Assembly (NCBI RefSeq): GCF_006345805.1
Contig: NC_042997.1
Coordinates: 131,564,001 to 131,628,000, forward strand
DNA from: Octopus sinensis
Taxonomy: Eukaryota
Direction: 5' to 3'
DNA length: 64,000 nucleotides
Part shown: in pieces, positions 9,891-22,142 of the stretch
Numbering within the stretch: position 1 is the stretch's first letter
Layout of the letters: each line of letters begins with the position of its first letter
Translations under genes and position numbers: made by a program
Notes under the pieces: model-generated
The model's input: only the letters and a program-made list of their open reading frames with translations
Database searches by the model: none
Told to the model about the DNA's origin: nothing

Positions 9891-12414
9891 GGTATTTTGG
9901 GCAAGTGCCGTTTCTGTAGCATTGGGTCCATCCTTAACTTGTGACTAAAAGCTGGGAAGATGGAAACTATATAGAAAAATCCCGTTGGATGGATTGTACT
10001 TGTAATTCAAAGGTCCAGTCTCGGCACATTCTGTGTTCTACTCATGCCACCTGAGATTTACATTGAGGGTGTAGCAGAAGCGGTTACCAGAGGCGTCGAC
10101 CACTTACAAGCTAATTAAATAAGCCTGGTAGATCAGTTAGTTGATCGAACAAGTAAGATCTCATGGTCGGACATTCGAACCAACATCCTTTGTGTATGCT
10201 TTAATGTGTTCGATTTAACACAAAACTTTTTGTGTTTGAAATCTCACTACTTTAAGTGATAAAGGCAGATTTGTTTTACTAGTAAAACTTTATTCCTGTT
10301 AGGAAAAGGTGCCAAACCTGAAAGTCAAATAAGTATCTATCGTTGGATATATGAGATTTATCTAATCTGCTTAACTCCGTCTCCATGACCCTTTAAAACT
10401 AATCGTATTTTGACCGGCGCAAACATAATCCAACTGCCTCCAGTTAACCTCTTACATATCTTTTATTATCGCCTTCATTCATCTGATAAAGGAAGATGAA
10501 GTCTCAATCATTTAACTCTATTCTTAACACTATCACCTCATAAGTAATTGTTCCGTTCTTCTTGAATTTCCTTTCAAATAATGACTGATTCAGCATTGCA
10601 TTTTCCATTCAATTCACATCTACGATGCATTATAGTAATATAAAGTGAAGTTGACAACGGCGAGATTCGATCTCAGGACAGTAATATTTGAAGCGGATAC
10701 TAAAAAGCACTGCCAATAGTTTAGCTTAAGTTGGCGAAAATTTTAATAATAAAATAAAATAAAATAAAAATCATTCGCAACCTTTTTTGTTGTTGCTGCT
10801 CTTTCTTTTCTGTCGCTTGTACATCTATCTCTAGCTTCCATTATACTTGTTTTTCTGATTGACTGCTTTCATTTTCATCTTCAACTATTCAATCTGCATG
10901 ATTTTTGTTTTTACTTCACTTTCTTTCTTTTCCCTTTCTCTCGTTATAACAGACACATGCAGTAAGAGTGAGTGAGTACTATCAAGTATAACAAAATTCA
11001 GTGAATGTTGAAGGCTATTTTCATTGATAATATGTATTAAATAACTCAGTTTAACATACATATACAACTACACCTATCACTTGCAAAAATAAAATTATTT
11101 TCCATACTTCAGTATCTTTTTAAACTAGTAACATATCCACCCCTTGGTATATTTACTGACAACCCCACCTCCCACTCTCTTTAATTGACGCTTACCCAAC
11201 ATGGTCTTAAATCCATTGTCTACATTATTTGACTACTTCAGTTTTCTTCCCTCTCTCTTTTCCATATAGTGTTTGTGTGTGTAAGGACATATTATATATG
11301 CTCCAGTATGGCCTAAGTCAAATTGGCTGGAGCCAGTATACAACAGAAATACAAGCACTTTCCACCGATCTTTCTACTTACCATATTTCCTTCCTTAATC
11401 TACTCTGATGCATTTTAAAATAATAATAGTAATAATAATAATGAAATTATTTAGTATAGTACTGTGAGAGCGCGCGTTTATTCTCAGTTGAATTGTAAGA
11501 TTTTCATTCAAATATAAGAAAAGAAAGAAAACGTATGAAAGATGTGAATTCGAAACAAAAATTTTAAAACGAAGAACTAAGCCAACAACGACTAGATTAG
11601 TAGTTGCGAGGAAAACGTAATTGTCGATGTTATTCGACGAATCGAGTTCAAATCGTACTGTTTGCTATTCATCCTCCTAGGATCGTTAACTTAAGTGACA
11701 GTGAAGTAAATAATGTTGTTGTAATCAATTGTTTCTAACTCCACGGATTTTGGCCTTGTGACTAAGTTATAAATCAGGATTTAAAAATAAAAGGTATCAC
11801 AACCAGGACTTCCCATTCAATCATCTCCAAATAACTAGCATCATGTATATATATATATAAGAAATGAAGTTACTTTTCGTTACGTTCTTCTTTAGACAAT
11901 ATACTTCATGACTGACAAAATTAACAAAATATTATTACATGGATATTTCTTAATTCTTATTATCGATTTTAAAATGAAGAAAATCAACTTTACCAAATAA
12001 AGTTAAAGAATAAAAATAATAATGTTGCAGCATCCGCATCTATGGAAGCCGATTTACAATTTGTAAACAATATAGTCGAACCAACGTGGTAACCTCTACA
12101 TATTCGCTCAATTTTTTTGAGAATAACAGCTAAATCTCCTTCAAATCAGATCCTAGTCTTAAACAGGAAAGACATGCTGAATACTGTAGTTTTGAACGCA
12201 CACAAGGTCTGAATAAACACGGGATAGCCACAGTTGGAATACCTTTCTATGATCATAGGTTTGATCACACATAGGTCTGACCTGGGGCTAAACAAAAAAA
12301 GCATGTGATTCTTAGTTTAAATTGAATAACGTTCGACGAAAATCGAATCCCGCATCTCTAAACTGTCAGCCACTAGAGAAGTGAAATTGTTTACATATTG
12401 TATATCGATTAATC

Positions 12415-12424
12415 TATATAAAAG
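12415..12424 (+). promoter_or_regulatory. Candidate TATA box upstream of a CpG-richer segment
   Basis: TATATAAAAG followed by CpG-containing unique sequence at 12455-12960. Could be chance or a Helitron-type 5' end. Confidence 0.25.
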
Positions 12425-12705
12425 TACACATAATGTGTGTGTAAGTGTGTAAGATTCCGCGGTTTTAGAACACATTAGCGAATATTTGGTCCCGTTTGAA
12501 GGAGGTCGGTTGAATGAACGACTGTCAAAGCCCGAAATATGTGTATTAGTAGCAGCGATAGTAGCTGCATCATTGGTAGCAACAGATTACTCAGCTGCGG
12601 CAACAGTTGGAGGGGTAGAGAGTTCGAGAGGGAGATGGTGACGATGATTTATGTTGATGTTCGACACTTTTTAACTTGTCACTTCTTTTTTCTCCTCCTC
12701 TTCAG

Positions 12706-12965
12706 CATTCTCTAACATATTACTCTCCGTCCGCCCTCTTCTCCCTTACTTGCGCACGAATTGCGGCTCCTCTGATGATGGCTTGCTCTGTTGCAGTCCC
12801 TTGCTGTAACTTTCAATAATGCACCCAGTAATGATTACAGGGTGTAGATGTCCAGGGACATATATTGCAACAACAATAATGAATGGATCGGCAACAATCA
12901 AAATAACAATGAAGTGAATAGGGAGGAGCTACGCACAGGAGGTTGGGTGCGATGATGTGGTAGGG
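12706..12965 (+). other. Candidate non-coding (5' UTR) exon
   Basis: Branch-like TTAAC at 12671, long pyrimidine tract ending TTCAG (12705), donor GGG|GTAAGA at 12966. All frames contain stops. Confidence 0.35.
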
Positions 12966-15494
12966 GTAAGAACAGAAAGAAATAGGGGGAAAGTGTAAAC
13001 GAAAGAAAAAGAAAATGTAAAGAGAGAAAGAGTGAGTTGTGACTGATGGGAAAGAAAGCGAGAAAAACAAAAGACCATAGTTTGTAAGGGCTGGGTTTTC
13101 GTATAAAGCATGAAAGGAAATAAGAAAGGAAAGTGATGCTGAGAAAGAAGAGAGTAAGAGAGAGAATGGAAGATGAAGAAAAGGTGGGAGATAAGGTGAA
13201 GAAAAGGGAACGAAAGTATTATCCCTTAATATATGAATTTTGATTAAATATCTTGATATGAAAGAGAATATTAAGATAACGGTATTCCGAACCGATTCGA
13301 CTCATGCTTAAAACACCAGTAACAAGAAACTGTTTCACTTTCCATGTTAGTTTCTGGTACTAACATGTAAAAAGACAATAAAAAAAAAAAACACATCTAC
13401 ACCCCCAGCTCTATAAACGTGGGAATGAGTTTTCAAAGATTTGAAAAGAAGTTAAATTCGACCGCGCAAACTTTGGATTACCCTTATCATTTCTCTCAGG
13501 TATTTATAATGAAACAACCAGAAGAAAGACAGAAAAGCCCAATCAGCAGCGAATGTGTTTCCCCTTTCTCATTTATTTATCCATTTTCGCATTTTTATAT
13601 CTATTTCTACAGATAAATAATAACATACGCTCCTCACTTTATGCCGCAGTTTCATATGCTTACCGCTGCACGGACGAAACCTCTTTTTCTCAGCCTCTTA
13701 AAGCTTCTCGCACGTGTGAATTTAGATACACACCGACTACACTGGAGCGATAATATCTTCGGTTAAACAGTTCATTGAAAACAGAAAGTTAGTGATAAAG
13801 CGAACGTGGAACATATTTAAATCAATACCAACTTTTTCCGTTTGTTTTTAACGACAAATTTTACTGTTGCCGGAGATGTCAACACTCGGATAATACTCCG
13901 TTGCTTCACTTAAATGTGACCGCTTCATTCGTCAGCTGGTTTGTGATGATGTTTCGAATTATTTCTCTCTTGTGATTTACAAACTGAAATTGTCATTTTT
14001 GCTTACAACAAGAACAAACAAACAAAAACTGCGAAAAACCGTAAACAAAATAAACACCCCTTTCCCCGCTACCCACTTTCTTTTACATCATGTAATGTGT
14101 CTCCAATGATCCCACTTCATTCACGTATATATTATACCCAGCTTTAGTGGCAATTTGACAAACCTATTAGTATTTGTATGCAGGGAATAGCTCCTATGAT
14201 ACTATTAGTGTTTATATAGTGTGTGTACCTTTCACACAACTATATTTACATACTTCACTAGAACTAATTGCTTTATATTTTCTCTCTCACACACACATAC
14301 ATACGTATATATATATATATGTAATTTTTTTTTAATATTGTAATCTTCAACAAGTGTTGAAATAACATTTAAAATAACTTTTATATTGCATTTATCTTAC
14401 AGAATGGTCTATTACAAGTGTGTGTATATATAATCGTGATTATAAGTTCACCCTGGTGTGAATTACCTTAAGCATTTTAAGAGAAAAATCTGTTTATAAT
14501 TACGGAATATAAAGTAATTTAAGTTTTTATAGTACAAAAAAGACCAGATGTGTAACGAAGGAAAAAGTAATGCAGCATAATGTTAAAAACAATTTAAACA
14601 ACTTTACCTGTTGATTTAGAATACCATTTCTTTTTTAAACTAAGAAAGTAAGTCATCTTTTCCACTATACAAACATATATAGTATATTTAATAACAAATG
14701 CTAAATTAATTTTTTTTTCTTTTTGGCCAGCTGATGAAACAATATAAAGCTGTTGAAAAATTAAATTGTAAATTTAATTGAATTAATAAGTTTCTAAATC
14801 ACTTTTAATCTAATAGGTTCAAGTATAATTCCTTAATTACTTTTAGGAGAAATACATATTTAGGAAAGCTTGTTAACTGACAAATAAGCATTGCTCCTTA
14901 TATATTTTGCTCATATACAGAAATATTAGTTTATGAATATTATAAATTAACGTGTTATAAATTACTCAAAAATATAAATTAATTTACAAACTTCAATTTA
15001 TTTATTATGGATTTATCTTTTATTTTTATCTCTCCCTCTCATTTACCAGAAAGAAAAAAAAAACATTTCACCTTTGACATTTCAGTTTTAACAGGTTAAA
15101 AATCATATGCTTAAAGGATCGAATCTTCCTCAAATTTCTGTTCAATCAATGCCAACCTGGGCCTCCAAATAATTTACTTTGTTTTAGTTTCTAGAAGAAT
15201 GATTGCTTAACAAATGAAAAGGAAACCTTGTATTTTTGAAATCTTTTACCTTATTGCGGGTTAAGGGCACGGAGATGCCCACTAGTTTTATTTCTATTCA
15301 TAATCATCATTGGAGCAAGAGGCTCCCATATGTCCCGAATCTTGCTGCTGTTAAGTGAATGATGGGATCTCTTTCTCTCTCTCTCTTACCTTTCGGAACT
15401 TACCATGGATTGATAATTTGTAAACAAAACTGAAAAAATATATTTCTATGTGAAAGTTAAACTATAAAAGTCCTTTGAGGAAATATTTAAAGCT

Positions 15495-15585
15495 ATGGCA
15501 CGAGCATTTGGAAAATTTTGGTTATGGCTTAAAGATCGGAATAAAAAGTTCCATAGAAGATCTTGGGCCTACCCTGAAGAATATG
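15495..15585 (+). CDS. Candidate first coding exon of an unidentified gene: MARAFGKFWLWLKDRNKKFHRRSWAYPEEY (phase-1 end)
   Basis: GCT-ATG-G context, 30 open codons, perfect donor G|GTAAGT at 15586, upstream acceptor TTTTAACAG at 15094, unique sequence in a repeat-poor zone. Alternatively the start is the ATG at 15583-15585. No downstream exon was confidently found. Confidence 0.45.
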
Positions 15586-17059
15586 GTAAGTTAATTTTCT
15601 TACATGTGACATGCTTATGTACTTTCTAATAACATGAAAAGATTCTCAAATATCTATGAAAACTGAACCTGCTTTTTGTACTTGAAAATCAGGCTCCCTG
15701 CCAACAAGGCAACCTCTATTGTACCCTTGGTTGGGTACAGCTAAATATATGAATCTGGCGTGATGAGCTGTTATTTGTGACAAGAATATATATTTACCTT
15801 GCGCAATTATAGCTAATACATAACATACCCTTCATTCGTTAAGGGCTCGCCTTCATTGGTTGACTATTTCAAACACAGTGTTTGCCTATTGTATTTCTTT
15901 ACAACTTTACTAACTTCGCTGCCTCCCTCATTTGGCTGAAGTACCTTCTCTACTTTCATTTGTAATACATTCTATGCATTGTTTTCTTTCAAACAATGTA
16001 GATGTTACAGTAGATTTGTTGTGTATTAAGCCTTGTTGCCAAAGCAGTTGCCGTCAAACTCATTACCATTTCAATATTCAATTTTACATTATGTTGTGTC
16101 TTCAACTGTTGACCTTTAATTGAAAATATTTTGAAGTTCTCTTATTTTCTATCATTATCGTATTTTTCTTATCTCACTTAACAAACTTGTTTTGAAAGTT
16201 TATTTCGCAATTAGAGATCATTAATATTTTCTTTCTCTTTTTTTCTTTTTGGTCTTTGTTTGTGGAAATTCTGCTATGAAAATATGGTCCATGTTATTCA
16301 GAAATGAATGGTTTTTAAATGCCATATTTCTTTCATGTAATTATTAATTCATTAGGAAAACATCTGGTTGGCATTTCTTTCTCTCTATTTTTTTTTATAC
16401 AATTTTTCTTTTTTTGTTAGGTGGGAAGGTTGATGTCTGAAGCCTCTCAAAAGTTTCAATCATCGGCAAAAGAGAGGTTCAATATTTATATATTCTACAA
16501 TCATCCTACTATTGCCATTTCAAGTTTTTACTATCTAATGCTAATTTAACTCGATTTTCACCTTGATTTTAAACCCATTATATGTTTTAATCTTTGAAGT
16601 TTTTCTAGACTATATGAAACAGTTCTTCATTGAACTTCTTTTCCAAGTTCCTGTCAATAGCATAGCTGGTGAGGAGGAAGGCAGTCTGTTCCAGGCAACG
16701 CTTTTAAGTGGGTTGTACATTCGGGGTATTCAGGTCTGCTGTATATACCTGTATCAGCTTGTATAGATAAACTTAAGAAATGTGGACAGCAAATACAAGG
16801 GCTGCTCTGGGTGACACACATTCTTACTACACAACTAGTTCATGTCCTAAAGACCAATTTCAAATTAAGTTCTTCATCACTTTCATTTTGTCCACATGAA
16901 TTTTCATTTGTTTTAACATGAAACACAAAAGTTATTTCGTTCGTAGCTGAACCTAAAATTTCAAATCAACTGAAACCACCAAGAAATAGAGAATATGTTG
17001 ATAACTTTATGGGTTTTTGTGAAAGCAGCAACTTAAAAATTTTACAGGAAAAAAATTTA

Positions 17060-17363
17060 CAATAGAAACCCCTGTTTACGAATTTAATTTGTCCCTGAAA
17101 GCAGTTCGTCACTTGAAGTGTTCGTAAACCGAAACTATTTTTTCTCTTAGCAAATTCAAGAGAAGACATAACGAAATCGAGCAGAGATATGCACTAAATG
17201 AAAGCTAGACAGCAATTGACGCTCTCCTGCTAAGACTCCCAGATTTTCACCAACCGTTGTTGCCTTTTTGCGTGTTTGTTACTCGATACGTTTAATGTTC
17301 GAAAAATTGTTCGTAAACCAATTTGTTCACGATGAGAGGCATTCATAAACCAAGGTTCCGCTG
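17060..17363. mobile_element. Tc1/mariner-pogo (Tigger-like) MITE
   Basis: Diverged TIRs CAATAGAAACCCCTGTTTACGAA / TTCATAAACCAAGGTTCCGCTG. TA on the left, TG on the right. Internal TTCGTAAACC repeats. Confidence 0.7.
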
Positions 17364-17617
17364 TGATTATCTTCAACTCTGTATTTCATTGACATATGTG
17401 ACATGGTTTTGGGCATTAAATATACTCGATGGTTTAGAGTTCAAAATATTGCACGGATCTATGATATGCTATGTTCTGGCAATCTTTCGAAAGATTGCCT
17501 ATGTTCTTCGTAATTAGTTAAGGAATGACTGATAAAGAAGTTCACTTCCCAGTCGCTTCCGCCAGCCTGGGGCCATAGCTTTGTGAGTGGATTTGGTTGG
17601 CAGAAACTGAAAGAACT

Positions 17618-18212
17618 GAAGGCGGCGAGCTAGCAGAAACGTTGGCACGCCGGGCGAAATGCTCAGCGGTATTTCGATTGCCGTTCCGTTCTGAGTTCAA
17701 ATTCCGCCGAGGTCGACTTTGCCTTTCATCCTTTCGGGGTCGATAAATTAAGTACCAGCTACGCACTGGGGTCGATGTAATGGACTTAATCCGTTTGTCT
17801 GTCCTTGTTTGTCATCTGTCTTTTGCCTCTTGTGGGTAGTAAAGAAATAGGTATTTCGATTGCCGTTACGTTCTGAGTTCAAAATTCCTCCGAGGTCGAC
17901 TTTGCCTTTCATCCTTTCAGGTCGATAAATTAAGTACCAGTTACACATTGGGTCGATGTAGTCGACTTAATCCCTTTATCTGTCTTTGTTTGTCATCTCT
18001 GTATTTAGCCCCTTGTGGGTAGTAAAAAAATAGGTATTTCGTCTGCCGCTACGTTCTGAGTTCAAATTCCGCTGAGGTCGACCTTGCCTTTCATCCTTTC
18101 GGGGTCGTTAAATTAAGTACCAGTTACTCATTGGGGTCGATGTAATCTACTTAATCCCTTTCTCCTTGTTTGTCCCCTCTATGTTTAGCCCCTTGTGGGG
18201 AATAAAGAAATA
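17618..18212 (+). mobile_element. SINE M trimer (one headed plus two headless units) inside a B-family fragment, with 14-bp TSD
   Basis: Units ~17618-17850, 17851-18031 and 18032-18212. AGAAACTGAAAGAA at 17602-17615 and 18213-18226. Confidence 0.9.
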
Positions 18213-18244
18213 AGAAACTGAAAGAAACCCATTGTGTGTGTGTA

Positions 18245-18457
18245 TGCCTCCTTCTTGTGACATCACATGACAGTTGTAAATGAGTGTCACCTTCCAATCT
18301 TCCACAAAAACATGTCTGGTCATGAGGAAATATTTTCTTACTCAGAAACAAGTCAGAGTTGGTGTATGAAAGAGCAGCCAGTCATAGAAAATCTGCCTTA
18401 ATGAAATTCATCTGACCCACGAAAGTATGGAAAAGTGGATGTTAAAATGATAATGAC
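18245..18457 (+). mobile_element. Older RTE-tail family R3
   Basis: CTTCCA..AAAACATGTCTGGTCATG.GGAAATATT..GAAAAGTGGATGTTAAAATGATAATGA. Confidence 0.7.
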
Positions 18458-18808
18458 GGTGGGGGTGACTCCTTCAACCCATTTTTCCTTGGGGGCAATA
18501 TTTAAAATTCTTGAATCCATTCCTTTCCATGTATTCTTGGAGGGGTTTAACTCAGCACTGCTAACTAATAAACTTGGTCAATTTTTCTGCTCTGCTATTA
18601 TTATTTGGTAAGTTGTTCCTAACCTGTGCTACCTGTTTTCATTTAGGTGGACCAGAACATTTGGGAATTAAGTGCATTGACTAAGGACACAAAGCAGTGC
18701 CTGTAACTGGATATGAAATTGCTGTCCTCTTAAACTTTCAAAATATCTAGCATTCAAACATGACTGTGTGGTTAAGAAGCTCACTTTGTAACCATGTGAG
18801 CTTCTTGC

Positions 18809-19183
18809 GTAGTGGCTGTGTGGTAAGTACCTTGCTTACTAACCACAATTCTGGGTCGGCAACTTGGACAAGTGTCTTTTACTATAGCCTCAGGTCGACC
18901 AAAGCCTTGTGAGTGGTTTGGTAGACGGAAACTGAAAGAAGCCCGTCGTATATATGTATATATATATATACGTTTGTGTGTCTGTGTTTGTCCCCCTAAC
19001 ATCGCTTGACAACCGATGCTGGTGTGTTTATGTCCCCGTTACTTAGCGGTTTGGCAAAAGAGACCGATAGAATAAGTACTGGGCTTACAAAAGAATAAGT
19101 CCCGGGGTCGAGTTGCTCGATTAAAGGCGGTGCTCCAGCATGGCCGCAGTCAAATGACTGAAACAAATAAAAGAGTAAAGAGT
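18809..19183 (+). mobile_element. SINE family B, young full-length copy
   Basis: Consensus head, body and (AAAGAGT)n tail. Confidence 0.92.
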
Positions 19184-19410
19184 ATAAGAAATAGATTTTC
19201 AGTAATCACAATAACTAGATGTTTTACTGTAAGGGTGTGACAGTTTATACAAATGGTATTACTCACTGTATTGTATAATTGATATAAATACTTATGTGTT
19301 GGCTGATTTATAGCACTAAGGTACACACGTACAAGTTCTACTTAATTCCCTTAATAAATGCCAGCTAAATGGTACCATTTTAAAATTGATTTTGCACATT
19401 TTCTGTATTA

Positions 19411-19605
19411 CTGTAATTTCTGGCATACAACTCAAATTTTTCGGACCAAAATTTATGACCAAGAGATGGTAGGATGACTAACATGTCAAAATGACTTTGG
19501 AGGACCAAAAATTTCATATGAAATGCAGCAGAATTTGGGAAGATAGTGACGATATTTGAATGTTTACAAAATGTGCAACATCAACTTGTATGCCAGAAAA
19601 TATGG
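19411..19605. mobile_element. Tc2/pogo-type MITE with TA TSD
   Basis: TA|CTGTAATTTCTGGCATACAA ... TTGTATGCCAGAAAATATGG|TA: 20-bp imperfect TIRs. Confidence 0.8.
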
Positions 19606-19749
19606 TATATTTGAAAGCAGTAAAATGGGAGGGTTTTTAAGGAATTGGATTGGAATAAAGCAGTAAATAGCACAATGTGACACATTGTTCTGGTATCCAG
19701 TTATTTTTTCAACTTTCCCTTTTCCTTCTCCAGTAGCATAGATTGTTTG

Positions 19750-20046
19750 TTCTTTCTCGAGCCATGCCTGGCTCATAAGGGCCGGTTTCCCGGTTTCCTT
19801 GGCGTATAGGTTCCCCACCTAGATGGGAAGCCGGTCCGTCACAGGTGAGCTGCAAGATGCAGGAGGAAAGAGTGAGAGAAAGTTGTGGCGAAAGAGTCAG
19901 CAGAGATTTACCATTACCTTCTGCAGGAGCCGCGTGGAGCTTAGAGGTTTCGCTCATAAACACACACATCGCCCGGTCTGAGATTCGAACCTGTGATCCC
20001 TTGACCGCGAGTCCGCTGCTCTAACCACTAGACCATGTGCCTCCAC
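19750..20046 (-). mobile_element. tRNA-derived SINE, head D plus tail X
   Basis: Reverse complement: TGGTCTAGTGGTTAGAGCAGCGGACTCGCGG..GGTTCGAATCTC head, ending GAAACCGGGAAACCGGCCCTTATGAGCC. Confidence 0.9.
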
Positions 20047-20180
20047 TAGCATAGATTGCATGACACCTTGGGTATATGCCTTCTACAATAGCCTTGTGAG
20101 TAGATGTAGTTGTCAGAATCAAAACTTTTGTGTGTATGTATTTATGTATGTGTGTGTATACACACACACACACACACATG

Positions 20181-20411
20181 TTGTGTCTCCTTGTCCTGGG
20201 TCACTGCAATAGTGGTAGAATGAGCATCACTGTTATGCAAGCAATGTCCTCTGTTTCCAATCTTCCATAAAAACATGTCATGACATGGGTAAATATCTTA
20301 CTTGGAAATAAGTGAGGGCTGGCAACAGGCAGGGCATCCCACTATACAAAATGTGCCTCAAATTCCATCTGATTCAAGAAAATATTAAAAAGTAGACATT
20401 AAAATGATGAC
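20181..20411 (+). mobile_element. Older RTE-tail family R3
   Basis: GTGAGGGCTGGCAACAGGCAGGGCATCC motif and GACATTAAAATGATGA tail. Confidence 0.7.
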
Positions 20412-20531
20412 ATATGTATGTGTGTGAGTATATATGTATATGAGTTTATGTTTGTATGTATGTATGTATACATGTGTATCTATATGTAAGTATAAATAAG
20501 TTCATATATGTATGTGTGTGTATGTAATTAT

Positions 20532-20571
<40 letters not shown>

Positions 20572-20573
20572 TA

Positions 20574-20811
20574 GTGGAGGCGTGTAGCTTAGTGGTTAGG
20601 GTGTCAGCATCATGATCGTAAGATTGTGGTCTCGATTCCTGGACTGGGTGACGTGTTGTGTTCTTGAGCAATACACTTCATTTCACGTTGCTCCAGTCCC
20701 CTCAGCTGGCAAAAATGAGTAACGCTGCGATGGACTGGCATCCCATCCAGCTGAGGAACACGTCATTGAAACCGGGCCCATGAGCCTGGCTAGGCTTTAA
20801 AAGGACGCATT

Positions 20812-20815
<4 letters not shown>
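20574..20815 (+). mobile_element. tRNA-derived SINE, head C plus tail X
   Basis: TAGCTTAGTGGTTAGGGTGTCAGC head, TGTTCTTGAGCAA body, GCGATGGACTGGC.TCCC.TCCAG..CCATGAGCCTGGCTAGGC tail. Confidence 0.9.
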
Positions 20816-20862
<47 letters not shown>

Positions 20863-21948
20863 CTATATCATATATCATACAGTCAGATTTTTCTGTGTTG
20901 AGAAAAATCCATCTTTAATAATAGCAATATTGTTTCAAACTTCCTCCACTACCAATTTTAACATCTGTACTTTCTCTAAACCCACCGTGACTCCATCAGA
21001 AGTAACTGGGTCATCTAACACTATTGATTTGGTTGCATAACACATCATTGATTTTATTTGGAAGCCGAATAACAACAGAATAGTTTGTCAGTGGAAAACA
21101 TTGTTTTGTAATGAAGGTAATTGTTCCAGAGCCATAATTAATAACTTGTGGCTGTTTTTTACATCAAGGTAATTGACTTACAAACTTTTCCAGACTATTA
21201 ACCTCATCTTTTAAGCTTCCATTTTACAATCACTTTGATCTCCAATGGAGTTTCCATTTTTGTTTATATACATTGTCTCAGATTGGATTTGAACTCAGAA
21301 CTTTTATTTCTAAATGAGTGGGTAATTTCTTAACAAGCTAATTTAGTTAATTTTGATATTTTATCATCATCCCAAACTTCAGTGTCAGGCTTTGGTATGG
21401 TTCCTACAGCTGGATGCCCTTCATAATGCCAACTATTTTTAAGTGTGTACAAGCTGCTTTTTCATATCACTGGTTCTGGTGACATTGCCAAGCAACTTGC
21501 AAGATAGGAAAGAACAATTGAAGGATCTGGGTTCAAGTCTAACCTGAAATAATTTGAATAATCAAGAAGTGGGCATTTGAGATTGAACTAATTAAAATTT
21601 TGTGTAAATGGTAATTATAATAATAAGGTTAATGGTTTGGAACCTTTGCTTATTGGGAAAACTCCTCTTAGAATTATTAGATGCAGACATTGGTTAAGAA
21701 GCTAGCTTTGCAACTGCATGCAAAGTGGTTAAGAAGCTAGCTTTGCAACTGCATGGCTTTGGGTTCAATCTCACCAAACCTGAAACCATGTGGTTACAAA
21801 GCAAGCGTCTTCTATTGTTATAGTTTTGGGCTCATCAATCTTTGGTAGAGAGAAACTGTATGGACATCTGACTTAAAATAAAAGACTCAGCTGAGCCTAC
21901 TCTCACTTGACCCATGCAAGCATAGAAAAGAAGACATTAAAACAATTT

Positions 21949-22142
21949 CATCATCATCATCATTTAACGTCCGTTTTCCATGCTAGCATAGGTTGGATGG
22001 TTCGACCGGGGTCTGGAAAGCCAGGAGGCTGGACCAGGCTCCATTCTGATCTGGCAGTGTTTCTACAGCTGGATGCCCTTCCTAGTGCCAACCATTCCGT
22101 GAGTGTAGTGGGTGCTTTTTGCGTGCCACCAGCACAGGGGCC
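21949..22142 (-). mobile_element. RTE 3'-end element R1
   Basis: (CAT)n-TTAACGTCCGTTTTCCATGCTAGC, reverse complement of R1. Confidence 0.9.

Noticed and set aside
10102-10317. Minus-strand exon-like segment (CTTTCAG acceptor, GTAAGT donor)
   Set aside because: The donor lies within a decayed tail-Y SINE remnant, and I found no convincing reading frame.
13343-13367. 9-bp inverted repeat CATGTTAGT-N7-ACTAACATG
   Set aside because: Several such repeats are expected by chance in 64 kb of AT-rich DNA.
21691-21756. 30-bp direct repeat TGGTTAAGAAGCTAGCTTTGCAACTGCATG
   Set aside because: It is a local duplication of a decayed SINE B head.
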